DNA from: Acidimicrobiia bacterium
GTDB lineage: Bacteria > Acidobacteriota > Vicinamibacteria > Vicinamibacterales > UBA2999
DNA length: 64,000 nucleotides
Assembly: GCA_038144855.1 (NCBI GenBank)
Contig: JAYQOO010000002.1
Location: 36,742 to 100,741 of the forward strand
Direction of reading: 5' to 3'
Numbering within the stretch: position 1 is the stretch's first letter; every line of letters starts with the position of its first letter. The translations under genes and the position numbers were made by a program. The notes under the pieces were generated by a model. The model saw only the letters and a program-made list of their open reading frames with translations, had not been told where the DNA came from and ran no database searches. Of the stretch, positions 17,735 to 28,900 are shown piece by piece.

Positions 17735-19221
17735 CACCGCGCGCGAGCGGCATCAGCGTGCCGCTGTTCTCGCTGGCCTCGAGACACGGCTGGGGCATCG
17801 GCGAGTTTGGCGATGTGCCGGCGTTTGCGCGCTGGCTGCTGGAGGCGGGGCAGTCGATCGTCCAGATCCTGCCGATTCACGAAATGCCGCCGATCGAGAC
17901 CTCGCCGTACTCGGCCATGACGGCGATGGCGCTTGATCCGATCTACATCACGCTCGCCAATGTCCCCGACTACACCGGCCAGGGCGGCGACCTGGCACTC
18001 GATGGCGCCGAAGTGTCGGAGATTGCGAGACTACGGCAATTGCCGAGTGTGGACTACGCGTCGATCCGGCGGCTGAAGGACCGGTGGCTTCGCCGGTCGT
18101 ACGATCGGTTCCTCAAGCTCGAAGTCGCGCGCGGCTCACCGCGCGCGATCAGGTTTGACGGCTTCGTCCGCGAGCAGCGCTGGTGGCTCGACGACTACGC
18201 GTTGTTCCGCGCGCTGCACGCGCTGCACGAAGAGTTGCCCTGGACGAAGTGGCCTGATCTGCTGGCGCAGGCCGATCCGACAACGCTGTCCCAGGCACGC
18301 GGCGCATTGCACGTCGAACTCACGTATCGCCAGTATCTGCAGTGGCTGGCCGCTGAACAGTGGGCCGACGCAAAGCGGCTGTCGTGGCCGATCCGCATTT
18401 ACGGCGACCTGCCGTTCATGATCTCGTCCGATAGCCCAGACGTGTGGGCACGGCAGCACGAGTTCCGGTTCGATGCCACGATCGGCGTTCCGCCGGATGC
18501 GTTCAGCGAGACCGGGCAGGACTGGGGTTTGCCGCCGTGGCGCGCAAGCGTGATGGCGCAAACCGACTACGCGTGGATGCGCGCTCGCGCCCGGCGCTAC
18601 GCCGATCTCTACGACGGCTATCGCATCGATCATCTCGTTGGCCTGTACCGCACCTACGTGAGGCCCATCGACAAGTCGGTCCCGGCGTTCTTTGACCCAG
18701 CCGACGAAGCCGATCAACGCCGGCTCGGCGAAACGCTCGTTACGATCTTCACCAGCGCGGCGTCGAAGCCGGGCGTGATCGCGGAAGACCTCGGCTCCAT
18801 CCCGCCATTCGTGCGCGAGTCGATGGCACAGCTCGATCTTCCTGGGCTGAAGGTGTTGCGCTGGGAGCGGCACTGGGATCAGCCCGGGCGGCCGTCCATC
18901 GACCCTGCAACCTTCCCGGCTCGCTCCGTCGCCACGACCGGCACGCACGACATCGAACCGCTTGCCGCGACGCCGGAAGGCGACACCGAGGCCAAGCGGC
19001 AGGGCATCGTGCAATCGCTGCTGGCGTCCGGATCATTCCTGACGCTGATGCCGGTGCAGGACGTGTTTGGGTGGACCGATCGCATCAACACGCCGGCAGT
19101 GGTTGGCGAGATCAACTGGACGTGGCGCCTGCCATGGCCGGTGGACACGTGGCTCGATCGCGAGGACACCGTGGCTCATGCCGACCAACTGAAGGCCTGG
19201 ACAAGGGCTGCCGGCCGATGA
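17731..19221 (+). CDS. malQ: 4-alpha-glucanotransferase (amylomaltase, GH77)
   Basis: GISVPLFSL.S..GWGIGEFGD, YDGYRIDHLVGLYRTY and IAEDLG are GH77 blocks. ATGA overlaps occur at both ends. Confidence 0.85.
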   Translation: MTPRASGISVPLFSLASRHGWGIGEFGDVPAFARWLLEAGQSIVQILPIHEMPPIETSPYSAMTAMALDPIYITLANVPDYTGQGGDLALDGAEVSEIARLRQLPSVDYASIRRLKDRWLRRSYDRFLKLEVARGSPRAIRFDGFVREQRWWLDDYALFRALHALHEELPWTKWPDLLAQADPTTLSQARGALHVELTYRQYLQWLAAEQWADAKRLSWPIRIYGDLPFMISSDSPDVWARQHEFRFDATIGVPPDAFSETGQDWGLPPWRASVMAQTDYAWMRARARRYADLYDGYRIDHLVGLYRTYVRPIDKSVPAFFDPADEADQRRLGETLVTIFTSAASKPGVIAEDLGSIPPFVRESMAQLDLPGLKVLRWERHWDQPGRPSIDPATFPARSVATTGTHDIEPLAATPEGDTEAKRQGIVQSLLASGSFLTLMPVQDVFGWTDRINTPAVVGEINWTWRLPWPVDTWLDREDTVAHADQLKAWTRAAGR

Positions 19222-21176
19222 CCACGCGCGCGATGGTCGCCGCCGCGATCGCCCTGCTGGCCACGCTCGAGGGCGGCGCCCAGCTGGCGGGATCGTCGCA
19301 AGCGAAGCCGGGTGAAACGACCCTGATCGTGTCGCTGATCAACCGGCTGGTGGGCAGAGAGACGTTCACCGAAACACGCGACGGCGACTCGACGGTCTAC
19401 TCGGGCGCACTCGATCTCACGGAGCGAGGCGGACGTCTGCAGGTGGCGTCTTCCCTCAAGCTGGCAGACGACCTGACGCCGCTGTCGTTCGACGTCAAGG
19501 GGAAGTCGTACCGGTTCGTGAATGTCGACGCGACCGTACGCGTGAGCGGCGGCATGGCCACGGTCACGAACCTTGGCGAGACGCGAACCTTTGAAGCACC
19601 GCGGCGATTCTTCACGGCCGAGAGCTATTCACCGCTGTCGGCGCGAGCATTGCTGGTTCGTTACTGGGAACGTCATGGCCGTCCTGCCGTCATTCCAGTA
19701 CTGCCAGGGCCTCGTGATGTCCGTATCACCTTCCGCGGCAGCGACCCGGTCATCGTGCGCGGCGTGCCGCTCACGTTCCGCCGTTTCGACGTCGATGGTG
19801 TCGTGTGGGGCCGTGAGACGGTGTGGCTCGACGAAGAAGATCGTCTGGCCGCGATCGTGTCGCGGATTCACATCCTGCCGCTCGAAGCGGTCCGCGAGGA
19901 TCTCGTCGGCCAGTTGCCGGTCTTGCAGTCGCACGCCACTGCCGATCGCGTTGCTGATCTCGCGCAGCAGTTGAAGGACATCCCTGCCGTAGCCGATCGA
20001 TCGTACGCGCTGGCGGGCGCGCGGCTGATAGATGGCACGGGTCGAGCCGCCGTCGACGATGCGGTGATCGTGGTGCGCGACCGGCGCATCGAGGCAGCCG
20101 GCCCGCGATCGACCGTGAAGATCCCGCCGGGTCTCCGGGTGATTGACGTGAGGGGCGCGACCATCGCGCCCGGGCTGTGGGACATGCATGCCCACGCGGC
20201 CCAGATCGAATGGCTGCCAGCCTATCTCGCCTCCGGCGTCACGACATTCCGCGACATGGGCGGTGAGCAACCGTTCCTCGTCGCGATTCGCGATGCGGTG
20301 GCCAGTGGGAAAGGCCTCGGCCCGCGCGTGCTTCTCGCCGGCCTGGTCGATGGTGATGCTGACGGCGCCTTCGGAGCGGTGGTGGCATCCACGCCGGACC
20401 AGGGCCGGGCGATCGTGGAGCGCTACCGGGCGGCCGGCTTCGATCAGATGAAGCTGTACTCGCTACTGCAGCCGGACGTGGTGCAGGCGATCACTGGGCG
20501 CGCGCACGAGTTGGGCATGTCGGTGACTGGTCACGTGCCCACGTCGCTTGGCCTGCGCCGGGCCGTTGAGGCTGGGATGGATCACATCGCGCACATGCCC
20601 GTGAACGGCGATCCCGCCTCGCCCGAGACCAAAGCGATGATCGGGTTCCTGGCGAGCCGCAAGACAGTGTTCGATCCGACGATGCCCTGGAACGAGATTC
20701 TTGGCCGTGCGCCCCAGACCGCTCTCGAGAGCCTTGAGCCCGGTTTTGCGCATGCGCCACCGGCCATGCGCGCCAACTACCAATCCGTGTCGAACACGAC
20801 CGATCCGGCTACGGCGAGACGGCGGATCGTCGATTCCGGCCGGACCATGAAGGCCCTCTTCGATGCCGGGGTCCCGATTGTCGCCGGCACCGACGGCGGT
20901 CTGCCCGGCTACAGCCTGCTGCGTTCAATCGAGATGTATGTTGATGCCGGCATGTCACCGATGCAGGCGATTCAATCAGCGACGAGCGTGCCGGCCGGCG
21001 CCATGGGCCTGTCGAAAGACACCGGCACGATCGAAGCCGGCAAGCGTGCCGACCTGATCGTCCTCAACGCCGACCCCCTGGCCGACATTCGCAACATCCG
21101 CAAACTGCGTTGGGTCGTGGCCAATGGCCGGGTGATGGAGCCCGCCGGCTTGTGGCGCGCGGCTGGATTCCAATGA
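19218..21176 (+). CDS. secreted amidohydrolase-family protein with an N-terminal extra domain
   Basis: From ATG 19218 the sequence MTTRAMVAAAIALLATLEG looks like a signal peptide. GLWDMHAHA, HVPTS, HIAH and GTDGG metal-ligand blocks of the amidohydrolase fold are present. The track start at 19071 lies inside malQ. Confidence 0.75.
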   Translation: MTTRAMVAAAIALLATLEGGAQLAGSSQAKPGETTLIVSLINRLVGRETFTETRDGDSTVYSGALDLTERGGRLQVASSLKLADDLTPLSFDVKGKSYRFVNVDATVRVSGGMATVTNLGETRTFEAPRRFFTAESYSPLSARALLVRYWERHGRPAVIPVLPGPRDVRITFRGSDPVIVRGVPLTFRRFDVDGVVWGRETVWLDEEDRLAAIVSRIHILPLEAVREDLVGQLPVLQSHATADRVADLAQQLKDIPAVADRSYALAGARLIDGTGRAAVDDAVIVVRDRRIEAAGPRSTVKIPPGLRVIDVRGATIAPGLWDMHAHAAQIEWLPAYLASGVTTFRDMGGEQPFLVAIRDAVASGKGLGPRVLLAGLVDGDADGAFGAVVASTPDQGRAIVERYRAAGFDQMKLYSLLQPDVVQAITGRAHELGMSVTGHVPTSLGLRRAVEAGMDHIAHMPVNGDPASPETKAMIGFLASRKTVFDPTMPWNEILGRAPQTALESLEPGFAHAPPAMRANYQSVSNTTDPATARRRIVDSGRTMKALFDAGVPIVAGTDGGLPGYSLLRSIEMYVDAGMSPMQAIQSATSVPAGAMGLSKDTGTIEAGKRADLIVLNADPLADIRNIRKLRWVVANGRVMEPAGLWRAAGFQ

Positions 21177-22423
21177 AGAGGATGTCGCGGCGCTTCGTGC
21201 TTGCGCTTGCGTTGCTGGCGGCAACGGCCGCGTGCCGCGTACCGGCGCAGCAGGCGGCGACGGCCGCGCAACCGATCCTGATCCTGGTTTCCATCGATGG
21301 TTTTCGGTGGGACTATCTCGACCGCTACCGCCCGGCCAACCTGCTCAAACTTGCAAACGCTGGTGTGCGTGCCGAGGGCCTGATTCCGCAGTTTCCGTCC
21401 AAGACGTTCCCCAATCACTACACCATCGTGACCGGCCTGACGCTTGCGCATCACGGCATCGTTTCGAACAACATGAAGGCGCCGGACATTCCAGGGGAGT
21501 TCACGCTCTCCAATCGCGAAGTCCAGAGCGACCCGCGATGGTGGGGTGGAGAGCCGATCTGGAACACGGCCGAACGCCAGGGGCTGAAGTCGGCGGCCAT
21601 GTTCTGGCCGGGTTCAGAGTTCCTGATCGGCGGGCGTCGCGGCACTTACTGGACGCCGTATGAAGACGGCATGCCGCATCAAGAGCGGCTGAATCGCATT
21701 CTCGGCTGGCTGCAGTTGCCGGAAGGCGAGCGACCGTCATTCCTCACGCTCTATTTCAGCGACGTCGACAACTCCGGGCATCGTTACGGCCCCGAAGCCG
21801 AGGAGACGCGAGCCGCGATTGCCAAGGTCGATCAGTCGATGGGGGAGCTGGTGGCCGGAGTCGAACGGCTCGGCCTCACCGATCGCGTCAACTACGTGAT
21901 CGTCAGCGATCACGGGATGTCGGCGGTGAGTACCGAGCGAACGATCGTGCTGGATGACTACATCGATGTCCCGAGGGTCGACGTGATCGACTGGTCGCCG
22001 ATGCTCGGCATCAACGCGCTCGACGGCGACAACGAGAAGCTGTACCTGGCCCTCAAGGACAAGCATCCGTCACTGACCGTCTATCGCCGCAGCGAAATCC
22101 CGGCGCGCTATGGCCTGGCAAATCATCCGCGTGTGCCGGCCGTGTTTGGTGTCGCCAGGGATGGATGGCAGATTGCGTCGAAGGTCGACGTGGGCCGCTG
22201 GCAGCAGCATGATCGCCGTCCTCCGGGTGGTGCGCATGGCTACGAGATCACCGATCAATCAATGCAAGGGCTGTTCATCGCAACAGGCCCCCGCCTCAAG
22301 GCGGGGATCAGCGTGAAGCCGTTCGACAACCTGCACATCTACGAGTTGATGTGCGAAATTCTTCGATTGCAGCCGGCCAAGAACGACGGCGATCCGGCCG
22401 CAACCCGCGATATGCTGCGCTAA
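21173..22423 (+). CDS. ectonucleotide pyrophosphatase/phosphodiesterase (alkaline-phosphatase superfamily)
   Basis: ILVSIDGFRWDY, FPSKTFPNHYTIVTG, DNSGHRYGP and VSDHGM. The start MKRMSRRFVLALALLAATAAC overlaps the previous stop (ATGA). Confidence 0.8.
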   Translation: MKRMSRRFVLALALLAATAACRVPAQQAATAAQPILILVSIDGFRWDYLDRYRPANLLKLANAGVRAEGLIPQFPSKTFPNHYTIVTGLTLAHHGIVSNNMKAPDIPGEFTLSNREVQSDPRWWGGEPIWNTAERQGLKSAAMFWPGSEFLIGGRRGTYWTPYEDGMPHQERLNRILGWLQLPEGERPSFLTLYFSDVDNSGHRYGPEAEETRAAIAKVDQSMGELVAGVERLGLTDRVNYVIVSDHGMSAVSTERTIVLDDYIDVPRVDVIDWSPMLGINALDGDNEKLYLALKDKHPSLTVYRRSEIPARYGLANHPRVPAVFGVARDGWQIASKVDVGRWQQHDRRPPGGAHGYEITDQSMQGLFIATGPRLKAGISVKPFDNLHIYELMCEILRLQPAKNDGDPAATRDMLR

Positions 22424-22426
22424 CCC

Positions 22427-23704
22427 ATGACTTCTTCGGACCGCATTACCGCTGCCGGCTGGAAAATTGTCCTGCTCGCCAGCCTGGGTGGCACCCTCGA
22501 GTTTTACGACTTCGTGATCTTCGGCGTGTTCGCCCGTGACATCGCGCAGGCCGTGTTCCCCACGACCGATCCACTGGTCTCGTTGATCTTGTCGTTTGCG
22601 ACGTTTGCGGTCGGCTACCTCGCCCGCCCGATCGGCGGCATTGTGCTGGCGCACTACGGTGATCGCTACGGCCGCCGCGCGGTGTTCCTCTGGTCGGTGT
22701 TCATCATGTCGGCGGCCACCCTGGGGATGGGCCTGGTCCCTGATTACGCAACGATCGGCGTCGCGGCCGCGCTGCTGATGGTCACGCTGCGCCTGATCCA
22801 GGGTTTTTGTCTGGGTGGAGAACTCCCCGGCGCCCTCACCTACGTCGTCGAAACCGCTCCGAAGATCGCGCCGTTTGTCTGCGGCGTGGTGTTTTCGTGC
22901 GTGACCATGGGCGTGGCGGTGGCAACCGGCGTGAGCTTGTCGGTGCGCACCTTCATGGATCCGGCGATGGTGCCGGCGTACGGCTGGCGCATTGCCTTCG
23001 TGCTCGGTGGCCTGGGCGGCGTGCTCAGCTTCGTCCTGCGCCGTTCGCTTGAGGAGTCTCCCGAATTCGAACGTATGAAGAGCCTGGCGGCACGCCAGCC
23101 CTTCAAGGAGCTCCTGAAAGCGAATCCCAAGCACGTGCTGGTGGGGTGCTTGATCCTCGCCGGCACCGGCTGCTTCAACGGGTTGTTCTTCTCGCACCTG
23201 CCGGCGTACCTCTCCGGCGTGCTGCAATACGATCCGCGGCAGGCGGTGTTGTCACAGACCGTTGGCGTGATCGCGTCGGCGATCGGCATCCTCGTGACGG
23301 GCTGGCTCGGCGATCGCATTCCGCCGCGCTACCTGCTGCGCGCTGGCGTCGCGATGCTACTGGCGTTTGCGTTCCCGTTCTACGGAGCGCTCGAATCGCG
23401 ATCGATGGATCTGACGCTGATCTGCGTGCTGGCCGGCCTGGCCGCCGGGCTGACGAACGGATCGTTCGCGGTGCTGTTGACCGACTTGTTCCCGACGCGG
23501 GTGCGCTTCACCGGCGTGGCGCTGGTGTTCAACGTCAGCTTCACGCTATTCAGCGGGACCGCGCCGCTGATTGCCACGACGCTGATCAGGGATACCGGTC
23601 TCAACACCTCGCCCGCCTACATGATGATGGGCAGCGCCGCGCTGGCGTTGATCGGCAGCATCTGGATCCACCAGTTCGGCGGCAACGTCATCAAGCGCGC
23701 CTGA
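22427..23704 (+). CDS. MFS transporter, metabolite:H+ symporter-like
   Basis: Twelve predicted TM segments. GYLARPIGGIVLAHYGDRYGRRAVFLWSV is the MHS-type loop 2-3 motif. Confidence 0.85.
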   Translation: MTSSDRITAAGWKIVLLASLGGTLEFYDFVIFGVFARDIAQAVFPTTDPLVSLILSFATFAVGYLARPIGGIVLAHYGDRYGRRAVFLWSVFIMSAATLGMGLVPDYATIGVAAALLMVTLRLIQGFCLGGELPGALTYVVETAPKIAPFVCGVVFSCVTMGVAVATGVSLSVRTFMDPAMVPAYGWRIAFVLGGLGGVLSFVLRRSLEESPEFERMKSLAARQPFKELLKANPKHVLVGCLILAGTGCFNGLFFSHLPAYLSGVLQYDPRQAVLSQTVGVIASAIGILVTGWLGDRIPPRYLLRAGVAMLLAFAFPFYGALESRSMDLTLICVLAGLAAGLTNGSFAVLLTDLFPTRVRFTGVALVFNVSFTLFSGTAPLIATTLIRDTGLNTSPAYMMMGSAALALIGSIWIHQFGGNVIKRA

Positions 23705-23770
23705 ACGGGGCGGGGTCGGGCCGCGGCACCACTGCGCCCGAGCGCTCGTTGACTCGCTGCGGCTGACAGC

Positions 23771-24682
23771 TCATTTCATGCGGTGCAGGTCGGCTTCGGC
23801 GGCAATGAACCCGAATGCATTCCACCCACTACCAGAAACGATGGTCTCGAACACTGTTCGTGCCTGGGCAATGTTGCCGGTGACGAAGTAGTAGTTCGCC
23901 ACGCCGTAACCTTGCGTGGCAAGCTGCGTCGGATCCGGCGTGGCCGTGTTCAGCAGGGCGTCCGGCTTTTCGAGGCCCTTGTACATCAGCAACCGGCGGT
24001 GATACGCGGTGTTCTCGAGGATGTCCATCTTCGGCGTGATCGGCTCCAGCACTTTCGCCGCTTCGGCCTTGCGGTTGAGGCGCATCAATGACATCCACAT
24101 CCAGTCGCTGTTTGCCACCCTGGAGTCGTCGTTGGTCGAGACCTTCATGCACTCCACCCACGCGTCGTAGGCCTTCGCGTAATTGCCTTGCAGGTAGTGC
24201 GACAGCGCCAGGTGGTACCAGATGTTGAACTGCAGTGTGCTGCGGGGCACACCTGCCGGGTTCGGCGCGCCGTCTGGCTCGATTTCATCCGGCTTGCCTT
24301 TGATCAACGTCACGGCCTTTTCGAAATCCGCCTGTGCCTTCGCGAACTGCCGGATGCTCAAATACCGATGGCCGCGATGGCGGTAGAACTTCGGGTTGTC
24401 GGGATACAGCTCGATGCCTTTCGTGAAGGTCGCGATCGCATCGTTGAAGCGCCACAGGTAGCCGTAGCGGCGTCCGACCCAGATGATGGCTTCGGCATCC
24501 TTCGGATTGGCCGCCAGCGTCTTCTGCGCCTGTGCGAGGTCGCCCTCCAGCTTCTGCTGATTCGGGATCGTCGCCGGAATCATCAGCGGCTTGCCGGAAA
24601 GGGACGTGGCTTCGGGCCTCTGTGCCATCGCGACCGCTGCGGTCGAAACGATCAGCGCGGCGGCCAGTGCAAGTCGGGTCAT
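23771..24682 (-). CDS. secreted tetratricopeptide-repeat protein
   Basis: Signal peptide MTRLALAAALIVSTAAVAMA. Several TPR-like units are present (..YRHRGHRYLSIRQFAKAQADFEKAV.., ..WYHLALSHYLQGNYAKAYDAW..). Confidence 0.7.
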   Translation of the reverse strand: MTRLALAAALIVSTAAVAMAQRPEATSLSGKPLMIPATIPNQQKLEGDLAQAQKTLAANPKDAEAIIWVGRRYGYLWRFNDAIATFTKGIELYPDNPKFYRHRGHRYLSIRQFAKAQADFEKAVTLIKGKPDEIEPDGAPNPAGVPRSTLQFNIWYHLALSHYLQGNYAKAYDAWVECMKVSTNDDSRVANSDWMWMSLMRLNRKAEAAKVLEPITPKMDILENTAYHRRLLMYKGLEKPDALLNTATPDPTQLATQGYGVANYYFVTGNIAQARTVFETIVSGSGWNAFGFIAAEADLHRMK

Positions 24683-25959
24683 GGGTGATCTCCTGAACGG
24701 GTGTCCTTGCCCTGCGCGTAGTCGAAGGGCGTCTCTGCGTCGTCCTGTCCGTCGAGCAAGCCGCGCTGCTGCGGCACATCGAGCTTGCGCGCGACGGTCT
24801 CGAGTGGATCGATGATGGGAATTTCCTTGGCGCTGCCGGCGCCAAGGTCGCGGAACCGGCGCGCCTTCACCAGCACGTTGTTTTCGAACGAGCCGATCAC
24901 CTTGTTGAAGGTCGAGAAGGTGCCGTCCATACGGCGGCGCAGGTCTTCAAGGTGTTCAGCGAGCGTGCCGACGCTCTCGTGCAGCGAGCGGCCAAGCCGG
25001 CTGATCTCCTCGGCATTGAGCGTCAGCCGCTCCTGGCGCCAGCCAAACGAGGCGGCCCTGAGCAGCGCAATCAAGGTCAGCGGGCTGGCAATCAGCACGT
25101 TCTGCTTGACGCCGTAGTCGATCAGCGACGCGTCACGCTCGAGCGCGGCCATGTAAATCGCCTCCGCCGGAAGGAACAGGACGACCAGTTCCGGTGATGA
25201 TGGCAGCGCGTCCCAGTAGGACTTGGCGCCCAGCTTGGTGACGTGATCTTTCACCTGCCGCACGTGATCCGCCAGCTTGCCGCTGCGGATGCCGTCCTCC
25301 GTGGTTCCCTGTGCGTCGAGGAACGCCTCGAGCGGCGCCTTTGCATCGACCACGATCGTGCGGCCACCCGGAAGGTTGATCGTCATGTCCGGGCGGAGAC
25401 GACCGCCCTCCGTGAAGATCGTCGGCTGTTGATCGAAGTCGCAGTGCTCGAGCATGCCGGCCAGCTCGACCACCTTGCGAAGCTGCACTTCGCCCCATTG
25501 GCCGCGCACGCCTGGGGAGCGCAAGGCGCGGACCAGGTTCTGGGTTTCGTGCTGCAGTTGTTGTTGCGTGTGACCGACCAGGTTGAGCAGCGACTTCATG
25601 CTCGCGCTGTCGTCGATGCGCGTGCGCTCGACTTCCTTCAGCTTCGCGTCGACCTGCACGAGCGTGTCCTTGATCGGCGTGACCAGCGTGCCGAGTTCCT
25701 GCTGCCGGCGCGTCAGGTCAATGGCCGCCTCGCGATGCACGTTGCCGATTTTCTGGTCGGCGAGCTTGAGAAACTCGTCAGTGCTGGCTTTGAGCGTGGT
25801 GGCGGCGAGCGCCTGGAAGGCGTTGCGGAGCTGGTCGTCCTGCGAAGCGCGATTACGCGACGCGAGCAGCCATCCGGCGGTAAAGCCAGCGATCAGCGAG
25901 ACGACGGCTGCAACAGCAAGTTCCAATAGCGTGATAGTAGCAGGGATTGAACCCGGCAC
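24679..25959 (-). CDS. rmuC: DNA recombination protein RmuC
   Basis: An N-terminal TM segment and coiled coil, followed by a RmuC nuclease-like C-terminal half (..IVVDAKAPLEAF.., VVLFLPAEAIY.., VLIASPLTLIALLR). A GTG start at 25959 is proposed. The track start at 26229 adds an Arg/Pro-rich extension that overlaps the divergent gene. Confidence 0.75.
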   Translation of the reverse strand: MPGSIPATITLLELAVAAVVSLIAGFTAGWLLASRNRASQDDQLRNAFQALAATTLKASTDEFLKLADQKIGNVHREAAIDLTRRQQELGTLVTPIKDTLVQVDAKLKEVERTRIDDSASMKSLLNLVGHTQQQLQHETQNLVRALRSPGVRGQWGEVQLRKVVELAGMLEHCDFDQQPTIFTEGGRLRPDMTINLPGGRTIVVDAKAPLEAFLDAQGTTEDGIRSGKLADHVRQVKDHVTKLGAKSYWDALPSSPELVVLFLPAEAIYMAALERDASLIDYGVKQNVLIASPLTLIALLRAASFGWRQERLTLNAEEISRLGRSLHESVGTLAEHLEDLRRRMDGTFSTFNKVIGSFENNVLVKARRFRDLGAGSAKEIPIIDPLETVARKLDVPQQRGLLDGQDDAETPFDYAQGKDTRSGDHP

Positions 25960-25982
25960 AGGCGCTGTGAGAGTCTTCGCGG

Positions 25983-28900
25983 ATGCCAAATCACGCTCGC
26001 CGTCACGCGTTGCTCGGTGTGTTGCTGGTGGTGCTGGCCACGACGTCGATCTCGACGCAAATACCGGTCGCGCCGCCGCTCGCCGAGCCCGGCATCTCAC
26101 CGGATGGGCGAGAGGTCGCATTCGTGTCCGGCGGCGACATCTGGACGGCGCCGCTTGGCGCGAGTCCGGCGGTGGCGCGCCTGTTGGTGTCGCATCCGGC
26201 GACCGAGTCCCGCCCGCTCTATTCGCCACGCGGTGACGCCCTGGCGTTTGTCTCGACGCGCACCGGCAATGGAGATATCTACGTGCTGCGGTTCACGGAT
26301 GCGTCGCTGACCCGCATCACCTTCGACGACGCCGCGGAAGCGCTGGACGGATGGTCACGCGACGGCTCGTCGTTGTTCTTCTCGATGACGACACGGGACA
26401 TCGCCGGCATGAACGACGTGTTTCAGGTCTCGGCCTCCGGCGGCACCCCGATGCCGGTCACCAACGAGCGCTACACCAACGAGTTTCAGGGCGCGATGTC
26501 TCCCGATGGGAAGACGTTGGCCTTCAGCGCGCGCGGCACCGCGTCAGGCCAGTGGTGGCGAAATGGCCACAGCCATCTCGATCAATCGGAGATCTGGCTG
26601 GCCACAGCGGGCGCCCCGGCCGCGTCGCGCTACCGGAAGATCGTCGATCGCGGCGCCAAGGCGCTTTGGCCGATGTGGGCGGCGGACGGCAAGTCGCTGT
26701 TCTTCATGTCCGATCGCAGCGGTAGCGAGAATGTGTGGCAGACGTCGATCGACGGCCCGGCCAGGGCCGTGACCGCGTTTCCCAGGGGCCGCGTGCTGTG
26801 GCCAAGCATCACGACCGACGGCAGGACCATCGCGTTCGAGCGCGACTTCGGCATCTGGACCGTCGACACCGCGAGCGGCCGGACGACCGAGCTGAGGGTG
26901 GAGTTGCGCGGCACCGCCGCGGTGCCGGCGGTTGAGCACCAGCGATTCACCAATCAGTTCACCGAACTCGATCTCTCCCCGGACGGCAGGAAGGTCGCGT
27001 TGGTGATTCGGGGTGAAGTGTTTGCCGGCAACGCGAAGGAGGCCGGCGACGCCGAACGCGTGACGTCATCGCCGGCACGGGAATTCGGCGTGACGTGGGC
27101 GCCCGACAGTCGCCGCCTGCTGTACATCTCCGAGCGCGATGCGCTCAGCAGCCTGATCGCGTTCGATTTTGCGACTCGCGCTGAGACGGTGCTGGCGACG
27201 GGAGCCGACGAGTTCGGGTCACCGGTAGTGTCGCCTGACGGCAAGTCAGTCGCCTATGTGGTGGCGCGGCGCGAACTGCGCGTGCTGACGATCGATTCAA
27301 AGCAGTCGCGCACGGTGGCGACCGGAGAATTTCTCGCCGGATTCGAAGCCAGCAACCCCGTCGAATGGTCGCCCAACAGCCAGTGGATCGCCTATCTGTC
27401 ACGCGGCACGCGCGGCTTCTACAACATCAGCGTGGTGGCGGCCGCGTCCGCAACACCAGGGCCGGCGCAGCCAGTCAGCTTCCTCGCGAACCTCAACACG
27501 GACTCCATCGCGTGGTCTCCGGATGGCACGTTCCTGACGTTTGCGACCGGCCAGCGTACTGAGCCCGGACAGGTGGCCCGGGTTGATCTTGTGCTGAGGA
27601 CGCCGAAGTTTCGCGAAGACCGGTTCCGATCGTTGTTCGATCAAGAGACGCCAAAACCCGCGCCCGGTACGCCGCCCGCCTCCGCTGCGCCTCCCGCACC
27701 CGTCACACCTGCCGCGCCGGTCGCTCCCGTGATCGTCTTTGAGGGAATCCGCCAGCGCCTGAGCCTGGTTCCGGTCGGCGTGGACGTGCAGGATCAAACG
27801 ATCAGCCCCGACGGCAAGCTGCTGCTGATCACCGCCAACGCTGCGGGCCAGACGAACCTCTACACCTACACGATCGACGAACTCGCGCGCGAGACCCCGG
27901 TGGCACGGCAGTTGACGTCGACGTCCGGAGGGAAGTCCAGCCCTCAGTTCTCCCCTGACAGCAAGGAGGTCTACTACCTCGAGGCCGGCCGCCCGCTCTC
28001 GATCGCGATCGAGGAGCGGCGCGTGCGGCCGCTCGAAGTGACCGCCGAGATGGACGTCGACTTCGCGCGCGAGAAGGCGTCGGTGTTCCAGCAAGCTTGG
28101 CGGATGCTCAACGACCACTTCTTCGATGCGAAACACAATGGCACCAACTGGGCGGGCGCGCGCGAGGCCTATGGCGTGCGCGTGCAGCAGGCACGCACCC
28201 CCGACGAAATGCGCCGCGTCACGCAGTTGATGATCGGCGAGCTGAACGCGTCGCATCTCGGATTCTCCGCGCCGGCTGGCGCAACAACGCCACCATTCAC
28301 GGGACGGCTCGGCGTGCGTTTCGATCCGGTCGAGTACGCGTCCAGCGGCCGATTGCGCGTGTCTGAGGTACTGCCGCTGGGGCCGGCGGCCGTCGCCGGG
28401 ATCAAGACCGGCGACGTGATCGTGGCCGTCAACGGTACCCGCCTCACCGCCGCCACAAATCTGGACGATCGCCTGCAGCACACCATCGGCACACGCGTGT
28501 CGCTCGGTGTCAGCAGCGGCAGCGCGGAGCGGGAGGTGGTGGTACGGCCCGTAAATCTCGCGACCGAGAAAGGCCTGATGTACCGCGGCTGGGTGGAAGA
28601 AACCCGCGCGCTGGTGGCGAAGTTGAGCAACAACCGCCTCGGCTACGCGCACATGCCCGACATGAGCCAGCAGTCACTCGATCAGTTGTACGTGGATCTC
28701 GACGCGGACAATCACGGCAAGGACGGTGTGGTGATCGACGTGCGCAACAACAACGGCGGCTTCGTCAACGTCTACGCCATCGACATGCTGGCACGCCGCA
28801 GCTATTTCGACATGACCCTCCGTGGCTCCGGGCGCGTGCCGTCGCGGTCGGTCCTCGGCCAGCGTGCGCTCGAGCGGCCCACGGTGCTCGTGACCAACCA

